Counted from the first letter of the whole stretch, positions 48,939 to 61,502 are shown. The stretch is DNA of 63,430 bases, filler included, from Eremomyces bilateralis CBS 781.70 (GCA_010015585.1; 16 parts of 16 records of this genome joined end to end with filler, not necessarily neighbours in it); one strand, 5' to 3'. The notes: generated by a model from the sequence alone, not told the origin. Numbers and translations: made by a program.

Positions 48939-49919
48939 ATGAATCGGCTTTATTCCGTGGGAGAAATCAGAGCTATCATCGAGGCACGTAAGGCCGACTT
49001 GAAGAAACAAGGAATGGAAGTCACCGACGATACCATCATTCAATGGGGAGAGAAAAAGCGCAAGTCCGACGTAGCCAGCCTTGACGATAAGGCGTCCGCA
49101 GAGTCACCTGATGAATACTCTGACGAGGATGAACCAATTTCTATTAAAGAGAACTGTGACCAGATACGGAGCAAGATCAATACTTTCATAGACAATGGCG
49201 GTATGAAGGTCACCGAGTTCCAGGAAGTCATTGGAGTCAGTGCCTCCAGCTACTATGGCTTCATGAAACAGAAGGGCAAGGACAAGGGTAGCTCTAGCGG
49301 TACCTATATCAAAGCAGCCCAATTTTTCCAGAAGCGTGAACCCAAGAGGCTGCCCATGCCGAAGAAGAGGAAAGTGTCCGATTCAAAAGCAGCTTCGGGC
49401 GAAAAGAACCCTGAAGGCGCCGCGCCCAAAGCCAATAACATGGTCAAATCCAAGAATTCGACTGCTCTTGATATTTCAAGCATTTCTCTCGATGGCGAGG
49501 ACACTGACTCCGTCCCTATTTTTGACTCCCCTGGAGAGATCCGCCGAAAGATCAGTCTTTACCTTCGTAAGGACTGCGTCACCCAAGCGGCTTTTCTCCG
49601 CGAGCTCCACGCCCAGATGCACGGTCCGCGCAAGCTGGCGAGGATGCAAAGCTCCCAGCTCACCAACTTCAGAGGCAAGAGGGAACCGATGGGAGGTAAC
49701 CAATCCGGCATCTACTATGCTGCTTACGTCTTTTTCGAGAAGCAGCGCTTGGCCGCGAACAAGCCAAAATCCCAGCATCGCCTCGAAATGGAAGAAGTGT
49801 GGGGGGGTAGAGGAGGTGTCGATGTCAAAAGGAATCTAGTCAACCAGCGTATCCTCTGTATGCCCAATCAACGGCCCTCTGCGGACAAATTTGGTCGCGT
49901 CTTGGTAGTCCAACGCTGA
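48939..49919 (+). CDS. Conserved fungal protein with two internal repeats (DUF7726-like), 326 aa
   Basis: NCDQIRSKINTFI / SPGEIRRKISLYL repeats, each ending G..S..Y.AA..FF; start uncertain. Confidence 0.75.
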   Translation: MNRLYSVGEIRAIIEARKADLKKQGMEVTDDTIIQWGEKKRKSDVASLDDKASAESPDEYSDEDEPISIKENCDQIRSKINTFIDNGGMKVTEFQEVIGVSASSYYGFMKQKGKDKGSSSGTYIKAAQFFQKREPKRLPMPKKRKVSDSKAASGEKNPEGAAPKANNMVKSKNSTALDISSISLDGEDTDSVPIFDSPGEIRRKISLYLRKDCVTQAAFLRELHAQMHGPRKLARMQSSQLTNFRGKREPMGGNQSGIYYAAYVFFEKQRLAANKPKSQHRLEMEEVWGGRGGVDVKRNLVNQRILCMPNQRPSADKFGRVLVVQR

Positions 49920-50470
49920 TGAAATTGATTCCCGATATAGTCTTTCATTTGCTGTTGTCTGTTACTGGCGTTGATGGTTGTTCTTCTTTCTGTCAATTAC
50001 ACTCATCGTATATTAAGGTGTACATATGCTATTGTATTATGTATCTAGACATAAGTAGAGAGAAAATGAAAGTTCAGTATCAAACCTGTAGTAACTGCCA
50101 GATGTTCAGGAGTCTCTCAACCATAGTCCCTAAATGCCCAAGTTCAAATAAATCGGACCAAGGGATATAACTGTGACCGCTTGGTGTAAAAAGCTAAGGA
50201 CGTATTCCGGTCAAGTCCAAAATCGCCGTATAAATACCAATGATTGTTTGCTAACATGGAGCGTGAGCGTTAAATCGAAAAGAGGCCTGAGATCGTTTGC
50301 GTAATCCTTGGCGGTGCCTGACTTTGGACTTGAGCATGTTGAAGTGGTACTGAATATGGGCATCAACAACTTGCCAGGACATCTTGGAGACTGACCGGTC
50401 CCATTTCCGGTAACACTTCCCCCAAAATACATACACATAAATACACACTCAATCAGTTTAGTCTGTTCTT

Positions 50471-51290
50471 TGTGAGGAAGGCTTAGTAGAGGGCTCCCGC
50501 TAGATTCGCGGGTCCGAGGCTCGTATGTATTTAAGTTATCTTCATCTGGCTACTAGCTAGATCTCTTTTCCTAGACAATGGGAATCGTTAATACCAATTT
50601 GCGTTATGACTCTACAGTAACTGAGCTTAAGCAGCAATCGTGCTTAATCATCATACCCGCATAAATGCAACAATTCCCCACATGGGCCTCGCAGAGAGGC
50701 CCGACGGGCGTATGAATCTCTCTCTCTCTGTCAAGGTTAGCTAGTCCTGGGTGATATTGGATTGCTGTAGGCAACTGAATAGATCAAGAAGTCTGTACCA
50801 ACGTATTTGTATTGTATATAATGGTGTAAATGTGTAACAGCGCGAATCGCTACTGTGATGGATCAGAGGTCCGCAGACCTGGATGCCTTGTGGCCTTGTG
50901 GCCCGTTTGCTCTGTAAACACCAGAATAGATAAACGCCTCGCACACCTTAGATAGATTCCTCCTTCATAGCAACAATTCAATGTTTGCCTCACGATTGGA
51001 GATTCCCGATAGTGAGACTCTTACACTTTATTGCTATCTTCTCTATAAGTATTTACTTATTCGGAATATATTAATTGATTGAGAATCATTGAAATTAGTA
51101 GTTCAGTACTCTGATTAGTCACGCTATAACTAGGACCTATCGAAAGAAAGACCTATAAAGAACCGGAATTACCGAACCGACAAATCAAGATATTAGAACC
51201 CTATCGATCCTTATCGGCGTATAGATCGGCTGAACAAGAATCGGAATTCGAGCCGCAGGCTCAGCAAGAGATACAAGATATAGGCCTTGT
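50471..51290. mobile_element. TE nest: family C LTR (50471-50672), LINE-like tail (50674-50728), partial family B LTR on - strand (50729-50853), family A 5' LTR (50854-51025) and RIPped internal sequence
   Basis: Each piece matches another copy in the window; right boundary approximate. Confidence 0.8.
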
Positions 51291-51684
51291 CTACTTCGTA
51301 GCTGGCAGGTTTAAGAAACAGGGGCCAGGTGGGCGTTGTGGCTTTTCTATTATTAGAAACCTGCCAAAACGGCCAATGTCTACCCACTGGCAGGTTCGGA
51401 AGCTGCAGGTTCTTACTGTGTAGTCATGTTCCCAAGTCACGATGTGTGACTTCGCATAATAGCTTCAAATTCCAAACTGACCTCTCTTAGCCATCCACCC
51501 TGCAGCTACATCCCAGCCACGTGACCTAGGAATACTATGCTCTAATTAGTCTATTTCGAAAATCCCTAAAGCGTGGGCACCCCTNNNNNNNNNNNNNNNN
51601 NNNNNNNNNNNNNNNNNNNNNNNNNNNNTTAATTAATTAANNNNNNNNNNNNNNNNNNNNNNNNNNNNNNNNNNNNNNNNNNNN

Positions 51685-54312
51685 TAATGGCTGTTGGTAG
51701 CAAGTGGTATGGAATGTAGTGCTTAATCATCATAGCTGCCACTGTCTCTCCTTCCATATCTTTACAGGGGATAAAGATCGCGCCTTTGCCTAACCTGTCA
51801 ACAATCGTAAGGAGGTGTCGGTTTCCTGAGCGCGTTTTTGGAAGGTCAACGACAAAGTCTATAGAGATTTCGCTCCAGATTCTTAACGGAACCGGCAGGG
51901 GCCGGAGTAGGCCTTGTTTTCGATCTCTCCATACTGTGTTCCTTCCGCAGGACTGACAGTTCCTTACAAAACGACGAACGTCCTCGTGAAACTTAGGCCA
52001 GAAGTACTTCCTTGACAGGATGCTAATCATGCCTTCCATCCCGGGGTGCCCTATTAAGCGCGAGTCGTGACTTTCCTAAAGGATGCTTATTCGCAACGGT
52101 TCACTCTCTAGTACCCAATATCTCCCGCGATAGAGTAGAAACCCGTTTTGTACCCGTAGATCAGACATAGACTTCTTCAGGCCTCGATACTCTTCGGGGG
52201 CATATCGTTCACCCTTTTCTAATGCTAACTTAAACGCTTGGTAAACTTTGTCTCCCTCAACTGAGGCATTCCATAGCTCTTGTAACGATTCCGATGGTGC
52301 GGGTTAGGGCACAGCTTCTAGTTGCACTGGCGCTACTCGTACGATTAGGTCGCTCGGAATTAACTGCGCGACTCTCCCTTGGAGACGTTCGTCGCTACTG
52401 TCTTATAGGACATCTTTATCCTTCCGGGAGAGTACGTCGGCAACAGCATTTAGGCGGCCTAGTCGGTATTCGATATTAAATAAAAAGCGGGAAAGGAATG
52501 TCATCCACCTTGCTTGTCGTTCAGATAGCTTCCTCTCCTGCATGAAGTACTGGAGGTTTCGATGATCGGTCCTAACTTTCAAAGGACAACTGGTTAGCCA
52601 GTCTTGGTGCTCTTCTAAGCCCGTGATAATGGCCAACAGTTCCTTGTCGTGAATCGGGTAGTTACACTCGGCAGAGTTTAGCTTCCGTGACGAGTAGCCG
52701 ACGGGTCGAAGCATCCCTTGGTCGTCATGTTGGTAAACTGCTGCTCCTAACGCCCAGCCTAAGCAATCGCAGTCTAGAATTGTTTCCTTTCCGTCTTCCC
52801 ACATCTTCAAAAGTGGTACTTTGGCAAACGCTTGTTTCAAAAGCTCGAAACCCCGTAAAGCTTCTTGGTCCATCTTAAAAGGGAGCTCTTGCTTAGACTT
52901 CTTCGTTAGGTTATTCAAAGCTATCGCTAGCTCAGAGTAGTCTTTGATAAACCCTCGGTAGAAGTTCGCGAAACCAAGGAATCCGCGTAGGCCTCGGAGA
53001 GTCTTTGGAGCTTCCCAATTCAAGATCGCCGCGACTTTCTCTGGGTCCATAGAGATTCCCTTCCCAGCTTCGACAATGAAACCTAAGTACTTAACTCGTT
53101 GGGTATAGAACTCGCACTTGGTGATATCGACTTGTAGACCTACAGTCCTCAGGCGCTCCAAGACCATGCGGACTTGTTTCTTGTGTTCCGCCAAGGAACC
53201 GTCCGTGTAGATCAGAATGTCGTCGACGTACACGGATACAAACCAGTCTAAAAACTCGCGTAACGTGTAGTTGACGAAGCGTTGGAAAGTGCTTGGCGCT
53301 CCGGCTAGTCCGAAAGGCGTCACTAGGAACTCATAGAGTCCATACCGGGTTCGAAAGGCTGTCTTCCACTCGTCTCCTTCGGCTATTCTGATCTTGTTGA
53401 AAGCTACGATGATGTCTAGCTTCGTGAACCATTTTACTTCGCTTACTTAGCTCAGGGTTTCCCTGATCAGAGGCAACGGGTAACGATCCTTCCTCGTTCT
53501 CTCGTTAAGACCTCGATAGTCGACGCAGAATCGGAGGCCACCCCCTGGCTTCGTGACGAATAAGACAGGGGCCGCTGCTGGGGAATGGCTGACTCGAATA
53601 AAACCTTTCTCGAGGAGCTCGGTCAAGGTTTTCCGTAGGACAAGTAACATTTCTCTCGACATGGAATAGAGCGGTCCCCATAGCGCTTCTATTTCTTTCC
53701 CATCTTGGTCCTTAAGTAGTTTAATCCGGTGGTTAACCCTAGGTCGGGAAGGGGGGAGTTTGTCTGCTTTCATTCGATTAAACACGTCTTTAAGATCCAT
53801 AAGATCCGGGGGAAGGTAATCTTCGATCTTGACTTCTTTCTTCCCTTGTAGGGCTTTCTCGATATCAGCCATCGATACTACGAACACTCGTGTTGGTTCT
53901 TTTCTGTACTTCTTTGTGGCGTGCGCGAAGGACACCGATGAAATCTGTCTAATCTCTTTCGCAAACTTCCGGAGTTTAGGAGTGTCTAACTGCTTAACGG
54001 AGACGCCAGTTCTTTCGATATACAAAGTCCCCGTCTATGCGTTCGTGTAGGCTCGTTCGTTCTCTAGCCAAGGAGTGCCTAGGATCATCTAGTGCTCTCC
54101 TGCTATCTTGGGGACAATGTAAAGGAAAATCTTCCCCGATGGTGTTCGTGCTGATTAAGACCCTCTAATATCTAATGAATCCAGTATTACACACTCTGTG
54201 ATCTTATTCTTTAATAACTCTTCGAATCCTAATACCCCGATAGGTTCAGGGAGGGTAAACCTGTCAAGCTTCAATCGCCTTATAACTCTTTCTTCGATCA
54301 GTCTATAAGATT
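51685..54312 (-). mobile_element. Ty3/Gypsy pol fragment (PR end, RT, RNase H, IN) with RIP-type stops
   Basis: [40 protein letters not shown]. Confidence 0.92.
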
Positions 54313-54412
54313 NNNNNNNNNNNNNNNNNNNNNNNNNNNNNNNNNNNNNNNNNNNNTTAATTAATTAANNNNNNNNNNNNNNNNNNNNNNNNNNNNNNNN
54401 NNNNNNNNNNNN

Positions 54413-56650
54413 TAGCTGTTAGTAGCAAGTGGTATGGAATGTAGTGCTTAATCATCATAGCTGCCACTGTCTCTCCTTCTATATCTTTACAGGGGATAAA
54501 GATCGCGCCTTTGCCTAACCTGTCAACAATCGTAAGGAGGTGTCGGTTTCCTGAGCGCGTTTTTGGAAGGTCAACGACAAAGTCTATAGAGATTTCGCTC
54601 CAGATTCTTAACGGAACCGGCAGGGGCCGGAGTAGGCCTTGTTTTCGATCTCTCTATACTGTGTTCCTTCCGCAGGACTGATAGTTCCTTACAAAACGAC
54701 GAACGTCCTCGTGAAACTTAGGCCAGAAGTACTTCCTTGATAGGATGCTAATCATGCCTTCCATCCCGGGGTGCCCTGTTAAGCGCGAGTCGTGACTTTC
54801 CTGAAGGATGCTTGTTCGTAACGGTTCACTCTCTAGTACCCAATATCTCCCGCGATAGAGTAGAAACCCGTTTTGTACCCGTAGATCAGATATAGACTTC
54901 TTTAGGCCTCGATACTCTTCAGGGGTATATCGTTTACCCTTTTCTGATGCTAAATTGAACGCTTAGTAAACTTTGTCTCCCTTAACTAAGGCATTCCATA
55001 GCTCTTGTAACGATTCCGATGGTGCGGGTTGGGGCATAGCTTCTAGTTGCACTGGCGCTGCTCGTACGATTAGGTCGCTCGGAATTAACTGCGCGACTCT
55101 CCCTTAGAGACGTTCGTCGCTACTGTCTTATAGAACATCTTTATCCTTCCGGGAGAGTGCGTCGGTAATAGCATTCAGGCGGCCTGGTCGGTATTCGATA
55201 TTAAATGAAAAGCGGGAAAGGAATATTATCTACCTTGCTTGTCGTTCAGATAGCTTCCTCTCCTACATAAAGTACTAGAGGTTTCGATAATCGGTCCTAA
55301 CTTTCAAAGGACAACTGGTTAGCTAGTCTTAGTACTCTTCCAAGCCCGTGATAATGGCCAATAGTTCCTTGTCGTGAATCGGGTAGTTATACTCGGCAGG
55401 GTTTAGCTTCCGTAACGAGTAGCCGACTGGTCGAAGTATCCCTTGGTCGTTATGTTGGTAAACTGCTGCTCCTAACGCCTAGCCTGAGCAATCGCAGTCT
55501 AGAATTGTTTCCTTTCCGTCTTCCCATATCTTCAAAAGTGGTACTTTGGCAAACGCTTGTTTTAAAAGTTCGAAACCCCGTAAAGCTTCTTGGTCTATCT
55601 TAAAAGGGAGCTCTTGCTTAGACTTCTTCGTTAGGTTATTTAAAGCTATCGCTAGCTTAGAGTAGTCTTTGATAAACCCTCGGTAGAAGTTCGCGAAACT
55701 AAGGAATCCGCGTAGGCCTCGGAGAGTCTTTGGAGCTTCCCAATTCAAGATCGCCGCGACTTTCTCTAGGTCTATAGAGATTCCCTTCCCAGCTTCGATA
55801 ATAAAACCTAAGTACTTGACTCGTTGGGTGTAGAACTCGCACTTAGTGATATCGACTTGTAGACCTGCAGTCCTCAGGCGCTCCAAGACCATGCGGACTT
55901 GTTTCTTGTGTTCCTGTCAGGGTACGAAGAATGAGGCAAAACTCTGTGATTCGTGATATACTAGAATAAATCTACAAAGGGGGAAGAAGGATCTAAAATA
56001 CAATCCGCTGTGTGAGGGAGTGATAAGTAGGCCTTGGGGGTGAACATAACACATCGTAAGGCCACAAGGCACCCACACCCCCAGGCATCAAACTGAATTC
56101 AGTCTTCGTTCCTTCACAGTTCCGCCAAGGAACCGTCCGTGTAGATCAGAATGTCGTCGACGTACACGGATATAAACCAGTCTAAAAACTCGCGTAACGT
56201 GTAGTTGACGAAGCGTTGGAAAGTGCTTGGCGCTCCGGCTAGTCCGAAAGGCGTCACTAGGAACTCATAGAGTCCATACCGGGTTCGAAAGGCTGTCTTC
56301 TACTCGTCTCCTTCGGCTATTCTGATCTTGTTAAAAGCTGCGATGATGTCTAGCTTCGTGAACCATTTTGCTTCGCTTACTTAGCTCAGGGTTTCCCTGA
56401 TCAGAGGCAACGGGTAACGATCCTTCCTCGTTCTCTCGTTAAGACCTCGATAGTCGACGCAGAATCGGAGGCCACCCCCTGGCTTCGTGACGAATAAGGT
56501 AGGGGCCCCTACTAGGGAATGGCTGACTCGAATAAAACCTTTCTCGAGGAGCTCGGTCAAGGTTTTCCGTAGGATAAGTAATATTTCTCTCGACATGGAA
56601 TAGAGCGGTCCCTATAGCGCTTCCATTTCTTTCCTATCTTGGTCCTTAAG
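54413..56650 (-). mobile_element. Second, more RIPped copy of the same Gypsy pol with nested insertions
   Basis: Colinear with 51688-53717; differences mostly C>T/G>A. Confidence 0.92.
55915..56118. mobile_element. Solo LTR (family E, 204 bp), TSD GTTCC, inserted in RT
   Basis: TGTCAG...TTCACA; empty site GTTCC seen once in the contig-12 copy (~53185). Confidence 0.92.
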
Positions 56651-57016
56651 TGTGAAGATTCACTACCTGCATGAGCCATTTGGGCCCTTTGGGCCCAGAT
56701 CGGATTATCTTTTATCCTTACCCCGCTTTTGAGGTATATAATACCCCGCACGAATCCTACCAACTCTCGACGGTAGCGATTCGCGCTGTTACACATTTAC
56801 ACGATTACATACAATACAAATACGTGGATACAGACTTCTTGATCTATTCAGTTGCCTACAGCAATCCAATATCACCCAGGACTACCAATCCTTGACACTC
56901 GAATCGCTCTTCTTGGCTGTACAACGCTGAGCAGAGTAGAGAATGTCTGACAACACCATCAATCCCCGGGAGACAAGGGCCACTAGGGCTAGCAGGGCCC
57001 AAGCGGCCTCTGAAGA
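56651..57016 (+). mobile_element. Family B 5' LTR (56651-56897), self-priming PBS and probable gag start (ATG 56943)
   Basis: CGAATCGCT just after the LTR is complementary to AGCGATTCG within it; frame MSDNTINPRETRATRAS open to the contig end. Confidence 0.85.
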
Positions 57017-57116
57017 NNNNNNNNNNNNNNNNNNNNNNNNNNNNNNNNNNNNNNNNNNNNTTAATTAATTAANNNNNNNNNNNNNNNNNNNNNNNNNNNN
57101 NNNNNNNNNNNNNNNN

Positions 57117-57435
57117 TACCACAGTCATTTGGGCATTACCCAAATTTCTTGAGCTGTTCGGGACGAGCAGCCCCTAGAAAGGGGGTATTGTGAAGATTCA
57201 CTACCTGCATGAGCCATTTGGGCCCTTTGGGCCCAGATCGGATTATCTTTTATCCTTACCCCGCTTTTGAGGTATATAATACCCCGCACGAATCCTACCA
57301 ACTCTCGACGGTAGCGATTCGCGCTGTTACACATTTACACGATTACATACAATACAAATACGTTGATACAGACTTCTTGATCTATTCAGTTGCCTACAGC
57401 AATCCAATATCACCCAGGACTACCAATCCTTGACA
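57117..57435 (+). mobile_element. Family B 3' end: PPT and 3' LTR (57189-57435) abutting 28S rDNA
   Basis: Matches ~37718-38031. Confidence 0.92.
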
Positions 57436-59252
57436 GACAGTCAGATTCCCCTTGTCCGTACCAGTTCTAAGTTGGTTGTTAAGCGTGCGCCGGACGGCCG
57501 AAGCCTGCCAAGGGCGTCCGCCCGCGGGTGCTGGAAGGCGCCGGCCCGAAGGCTAGTGCCGACCTGCTCCCGGGGGTTCGGCCCAAGGCCCAACGCACCC
57601 AACCCTTAGAGCCAATCCTTATCCCGAAGTTACGGATCTTTTTTGCCGACTTCCCTTACCTACATTGTTCTATCGACTAGAGGCTGTTCACCTTGGAGAC
57701 CTGCTGCGGTTATGAGTACGACCTGGCGTGAAAGCTATTCCCTCCCGCGGGTTTTCAAGGGTCGTCGGAAGCGCACCGGACCCCGCAGAAGCGCGGGGCT
57801 CTTCCGGCCATGGAACCCTATCTCCGGACAAACCGATTCCAGGGTGATGGGCCGTTAAAAAGAAAAGAGAACTCTTCCCAGGGCTTCCGCCGACGTCCCC
57901 GCGATCGTTTGCGTTGCCGCGTAAAGCCCACATCCAGGTGCCGGAATATTAACCGGCTTCCCTTTCGGCCGACGGCGCGAGCGCGCCTTTGAAACGGAGT
58001 TTCCCTATGCCTTAGGATCGACTAACCCGTGTCCAACTGCTGTTCACACGGAACCTTTCCCCACTTCAGTCTTCAACGTTCTCAGTTGAATATTTGCTAC
58101 TACCACCAAGATCTGCACTAGAGACGGTTCAACGCGGGCTCACGCCCTACGCTTCGACACGCATCTCCACGCCTGCCTACTCGCCAGGGCATCGAATCTA
58201 CCCTGGCGGCGGGGTATGGGTAGCACGCTTGAGCGCCATCCATTTTCGGGGCTAATACATTCGACCGGTGAGTTGTTACACACTCCTTAGCGGATTCCGA
58301 CTTCCATGGCCACCGTCCGGCTGTCTAGATGTATTAACACCCTTTGTGGTGTCTGATGAGCGTGCATTCCGGCACCTTAACCCCGCGTTCGGTTCATCCC
58401 GCATCGCCAGTTCTGCTTACCAAAAATGGCCCACTAGCAACGTTACATTCGGAGGGGCGCGTGCACTTAAGTCACAAAACCCGTCTCACATATTTAAAGT
58501 TTGAGAATAGGTGAAGGCCGTTTCGGCCCCCGAGCCTCTAATCATTCGCTTTACCTCATGAAACTGAACTCGTTGCTGCTATCCTGAGGGAAACTTCGGC
58601 AGGAACCAGCTACTAGACGGTTCGATTAGTCTTTCGCCCCTATGCCCAGATTTGACGATCGATTTGCACGTCAGAACCGCTGCGAGCCTCCATCAGAGTT
58701 TCCTCTGACTTCACCCTATTCAGGCATAGTTCACCATCTTTCGGGTCCGACCACCTACGCTCTTCCTCAGATCCATCCGTAAACTTCAGGACCGGGCGAT
58801 GCTGCAACAACGGTCGCACCTTGATCACTTTCATTCCGCGCACGGGCTTAACACCCGAACACTCGCGTAGTTGGTCGACTCCTTGGTCCGTGTTTCAAGA
58901 CGGGCCGCTAACGACGATTAAGCCCGCATCCGAGCGAACGCGTGCCTCGGTCCGGGCGGGCGGTATTGCACCACGGCTATAACACCCCCCGAGGGGGGCC
59001 ACATTCCGTTGGCGTTTCTCCCGCCGCCCAAACCGATGCGGGCCAACGCGACCGCGTGCCCGGGGCAGAAGCCCCGGTGAGCGGCCGCGATAAGTCTCAT
59101 CGCTAGCGCTTCCCCTTTAACAATTTCACGTGCTGTTTCGATTCCTTTCCAAGATGCTTTTCATCTTTCGATCACTCTACTTGTGCGCTATCGGTCTCGG
59201 GCCAATATTTAGCTTTAGAAGAAATTTACCTCCCATTTTGAGCTGCATTCCC
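57436..59252 (-). rRNA. 28S (LSU) rRNA, partial (D1/D2 region to domain IV)
   Basis: Conserved GGTCCGTGTTTCAAGAC (LR3), TCCTGAGGGAAACTTCG (LR5) and TACTACCACCAAGATCT (LR7) sites on the + strand. Confidence 0.97.
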
Positions 59253-59750
59253 NNNNNNNNNNNNNNNNNNNNNNNNNNNNNNNNNNNNNNNNNNNNTTAA
59301 TTAATTAANNNNNNNNNNNNNNNNNNNNNNNNNNNNNNNNNNNNNNNNNNNNTTGTCCCTCTTCCTGCTTCCTAGGTTATGATAATTACCCGAGAATCAT
59401 TGCGGGGAAGAGCTAATACCTATCAACGGGAATTGCCCCAGATCTACAATTGGTCAAAGCTTGTCAGTATCTGCCCAATGAAAGGGGTATTTACACCATA
59501 GTTCAATCTCAAGGCGCGGCATAATGGAGGTTCACAGTTGTATTCCGAACTGGTCGTTTCATGCAAGAGGGGCATCGCTTTAGCATGTCCGGCGGTCCGG
59601 ATCGATCAACCCTCGTAAGATAGGGGAGGATGCAGGTCATATAAAGGACTTCTTGGCAACCATGGCCAATGGAGCTCTGGATCTCGAGGTCTCTGACATT
59701 TGTGATTTTTTTCCCTTAGATTTGCCATTCAGAATTCCCGTATTATCATC

Positions 59751-61402
59751 ATGGCTGAGCCCGCCGGCAAACGCAAACGCATCAATGCGTACATTGTCTT
59801 TATCCTTATATTCGTGGGCTTCGGTTCTATGACCTATGGCTACACAGCATCGATCATTGGTACCACTCTCGGGCAGCCCTCTTTCATCGAGTACTTCGCT
59901 CTAGAGACTCGCTCCAATGGCACAGACCTGATCTCGTCCACCAACGGCCTTTTCCAAGCAGGAGGTGTCATTGGAACATTGATGCTTCCCTGGGTATCCG
60001 ACAGATGGGGTCGCAAATGGGGAATTGCCGTTAGCGCCTTTCTTGCTTTGATCTCTGGTGCCGTTCTAGCCGGATCGACGGATATCGCCGAGTTCCTGGT
60101 GTTTCGATTCATCGCTGGAGCAGGTGCGTTCATGGCGCTCGCTGCTGTTCCGGTAAGTCTAGTTTCCCTTCCGAGCAGCCTCTCCTAATTGTGTTCAGAT
60201 CTGGATGAACGAAGTCGTCCCCGTCCATTTCCGCGGCGGCTTGGTCGACATTCACGCCGTCTGCCTGATCTTCGGCTACACGGTCCAAGGCTGGGTTGGC
60301 CTCGGCTTCTACTTCTGGGATGGTGGCGAGAACACATGGAGACCTCCACTGGGACTCCAGTGCGCCTGGCCATTTATTCTTCTGTGTGGATTATATTGGA
60401 TCCCTGAATCTCCAAGGTGGCTCGTCATGAAAGACCGGATGGATGAGGCTCAAGCAATCCTGAACAAGCTCCATTCAGACCCGTCGGACCCGGAGAATAC
60501 GGAGGCAAGAGCGGAATTCTACCAGATTCGGAAGCAGATTGCAATTGACCGGACGCTTGGCTCCTCGTGGCTCACCATCATGAGGAAGCCGTCGTATCGA
60601 AAACGTGCATTCTTAGCCATGGGCACGACATTTATCATCCAATGTTCAGGGGTTTTGGTGGTCAACAACTACGGACCTACCCTGTATAAAAATCTCGGAT
60701 TTAGCCCTGTCAAGCAGCTGCTGTATCCAGCGGCATGGCTGACCTTCGCCCTGGGGCTCAATGCCATGGCCATTTGGACCGTGGACCTCTTCCCCCGGCA
60801 AAAGTACATGGCCTTTGGCGTTCTGGGCTGCATGCTCACTCTTGTCGTTGAAGCAGCACTCGTAGCGGAATTTGTTCCCTCAGATAATGAGAGTGCATTG
60901 CAGGCAGCCGTGGCGATGTTCTTCATCTACCAAGTCTTCTACAGCTTCTGCCTTGATGGTAAGTCAAGGGATCACGCCTGCACTTGTAATTACATCCATA
61001 CTGATAGCGATAGGGACGCAATTCTCATATCTCGGTGAGCTGTTCCCGACGCATCTTCGCGCCAAAGGAATAGCTCTGGGAGTTGCGATGATTTCTCTCA
61101 CTAACATCGTATGGCTGCAAGCCGCGCCTACTGCTTTCAAGAACGTTGGATGGAAGTTCTATCTCGTATTCATTATCGCTTCGGCAATTGGAGGGGTGGT
61201 CATGTGGTTTTACTTCCCTGATACAAAAGGTAAAGAAGAAGGCATCTAGTGTGACGGTGATCCAAGCTGACATAGCACAGGCCTTCCGCTGGAGGAAATC
61301 GCTGCAATCTTTGGCGACACAGACGATGTCGCGGTATATCGGCGCGAAATTGACATTCATGGGAACATCATTGAAGACCATCACGATGAGAAACCTGGCG
61401 CT
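59751..61402 (+). CDS. MFS sugar porter, 3'-partial; join(59751..60152,60199..60958,61014..61229,61281..>61402)
   Basis: DRWGRK, PESPRWL, QCSG..NNY, ELFPTHLRAKG, PDTKGLPLEEI; three GT-AG introns. Confidence 0.92.
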
Positions 61403-61502
61403 NNNNNNNNNNNNNNNNNNNNNNNNNNNNNNNNNNNNNNNNNNNNTTAATTAATTAANNNNNNNNNNNNNNNNNNNNNNNNNNNNNNNNNNNNNNNNNN
61501 NN

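Noticed and set aside
56557..57433. Repeated 69-79-aa ORFs (MSHLGPLG..., MCNSANRY...)
   Set aside because: They lie within family B LTR copies and recur only because the LTR does
57643..59100. Short ORFs over the rDNA
   Set aside because: Chance frames in 28S rRNA
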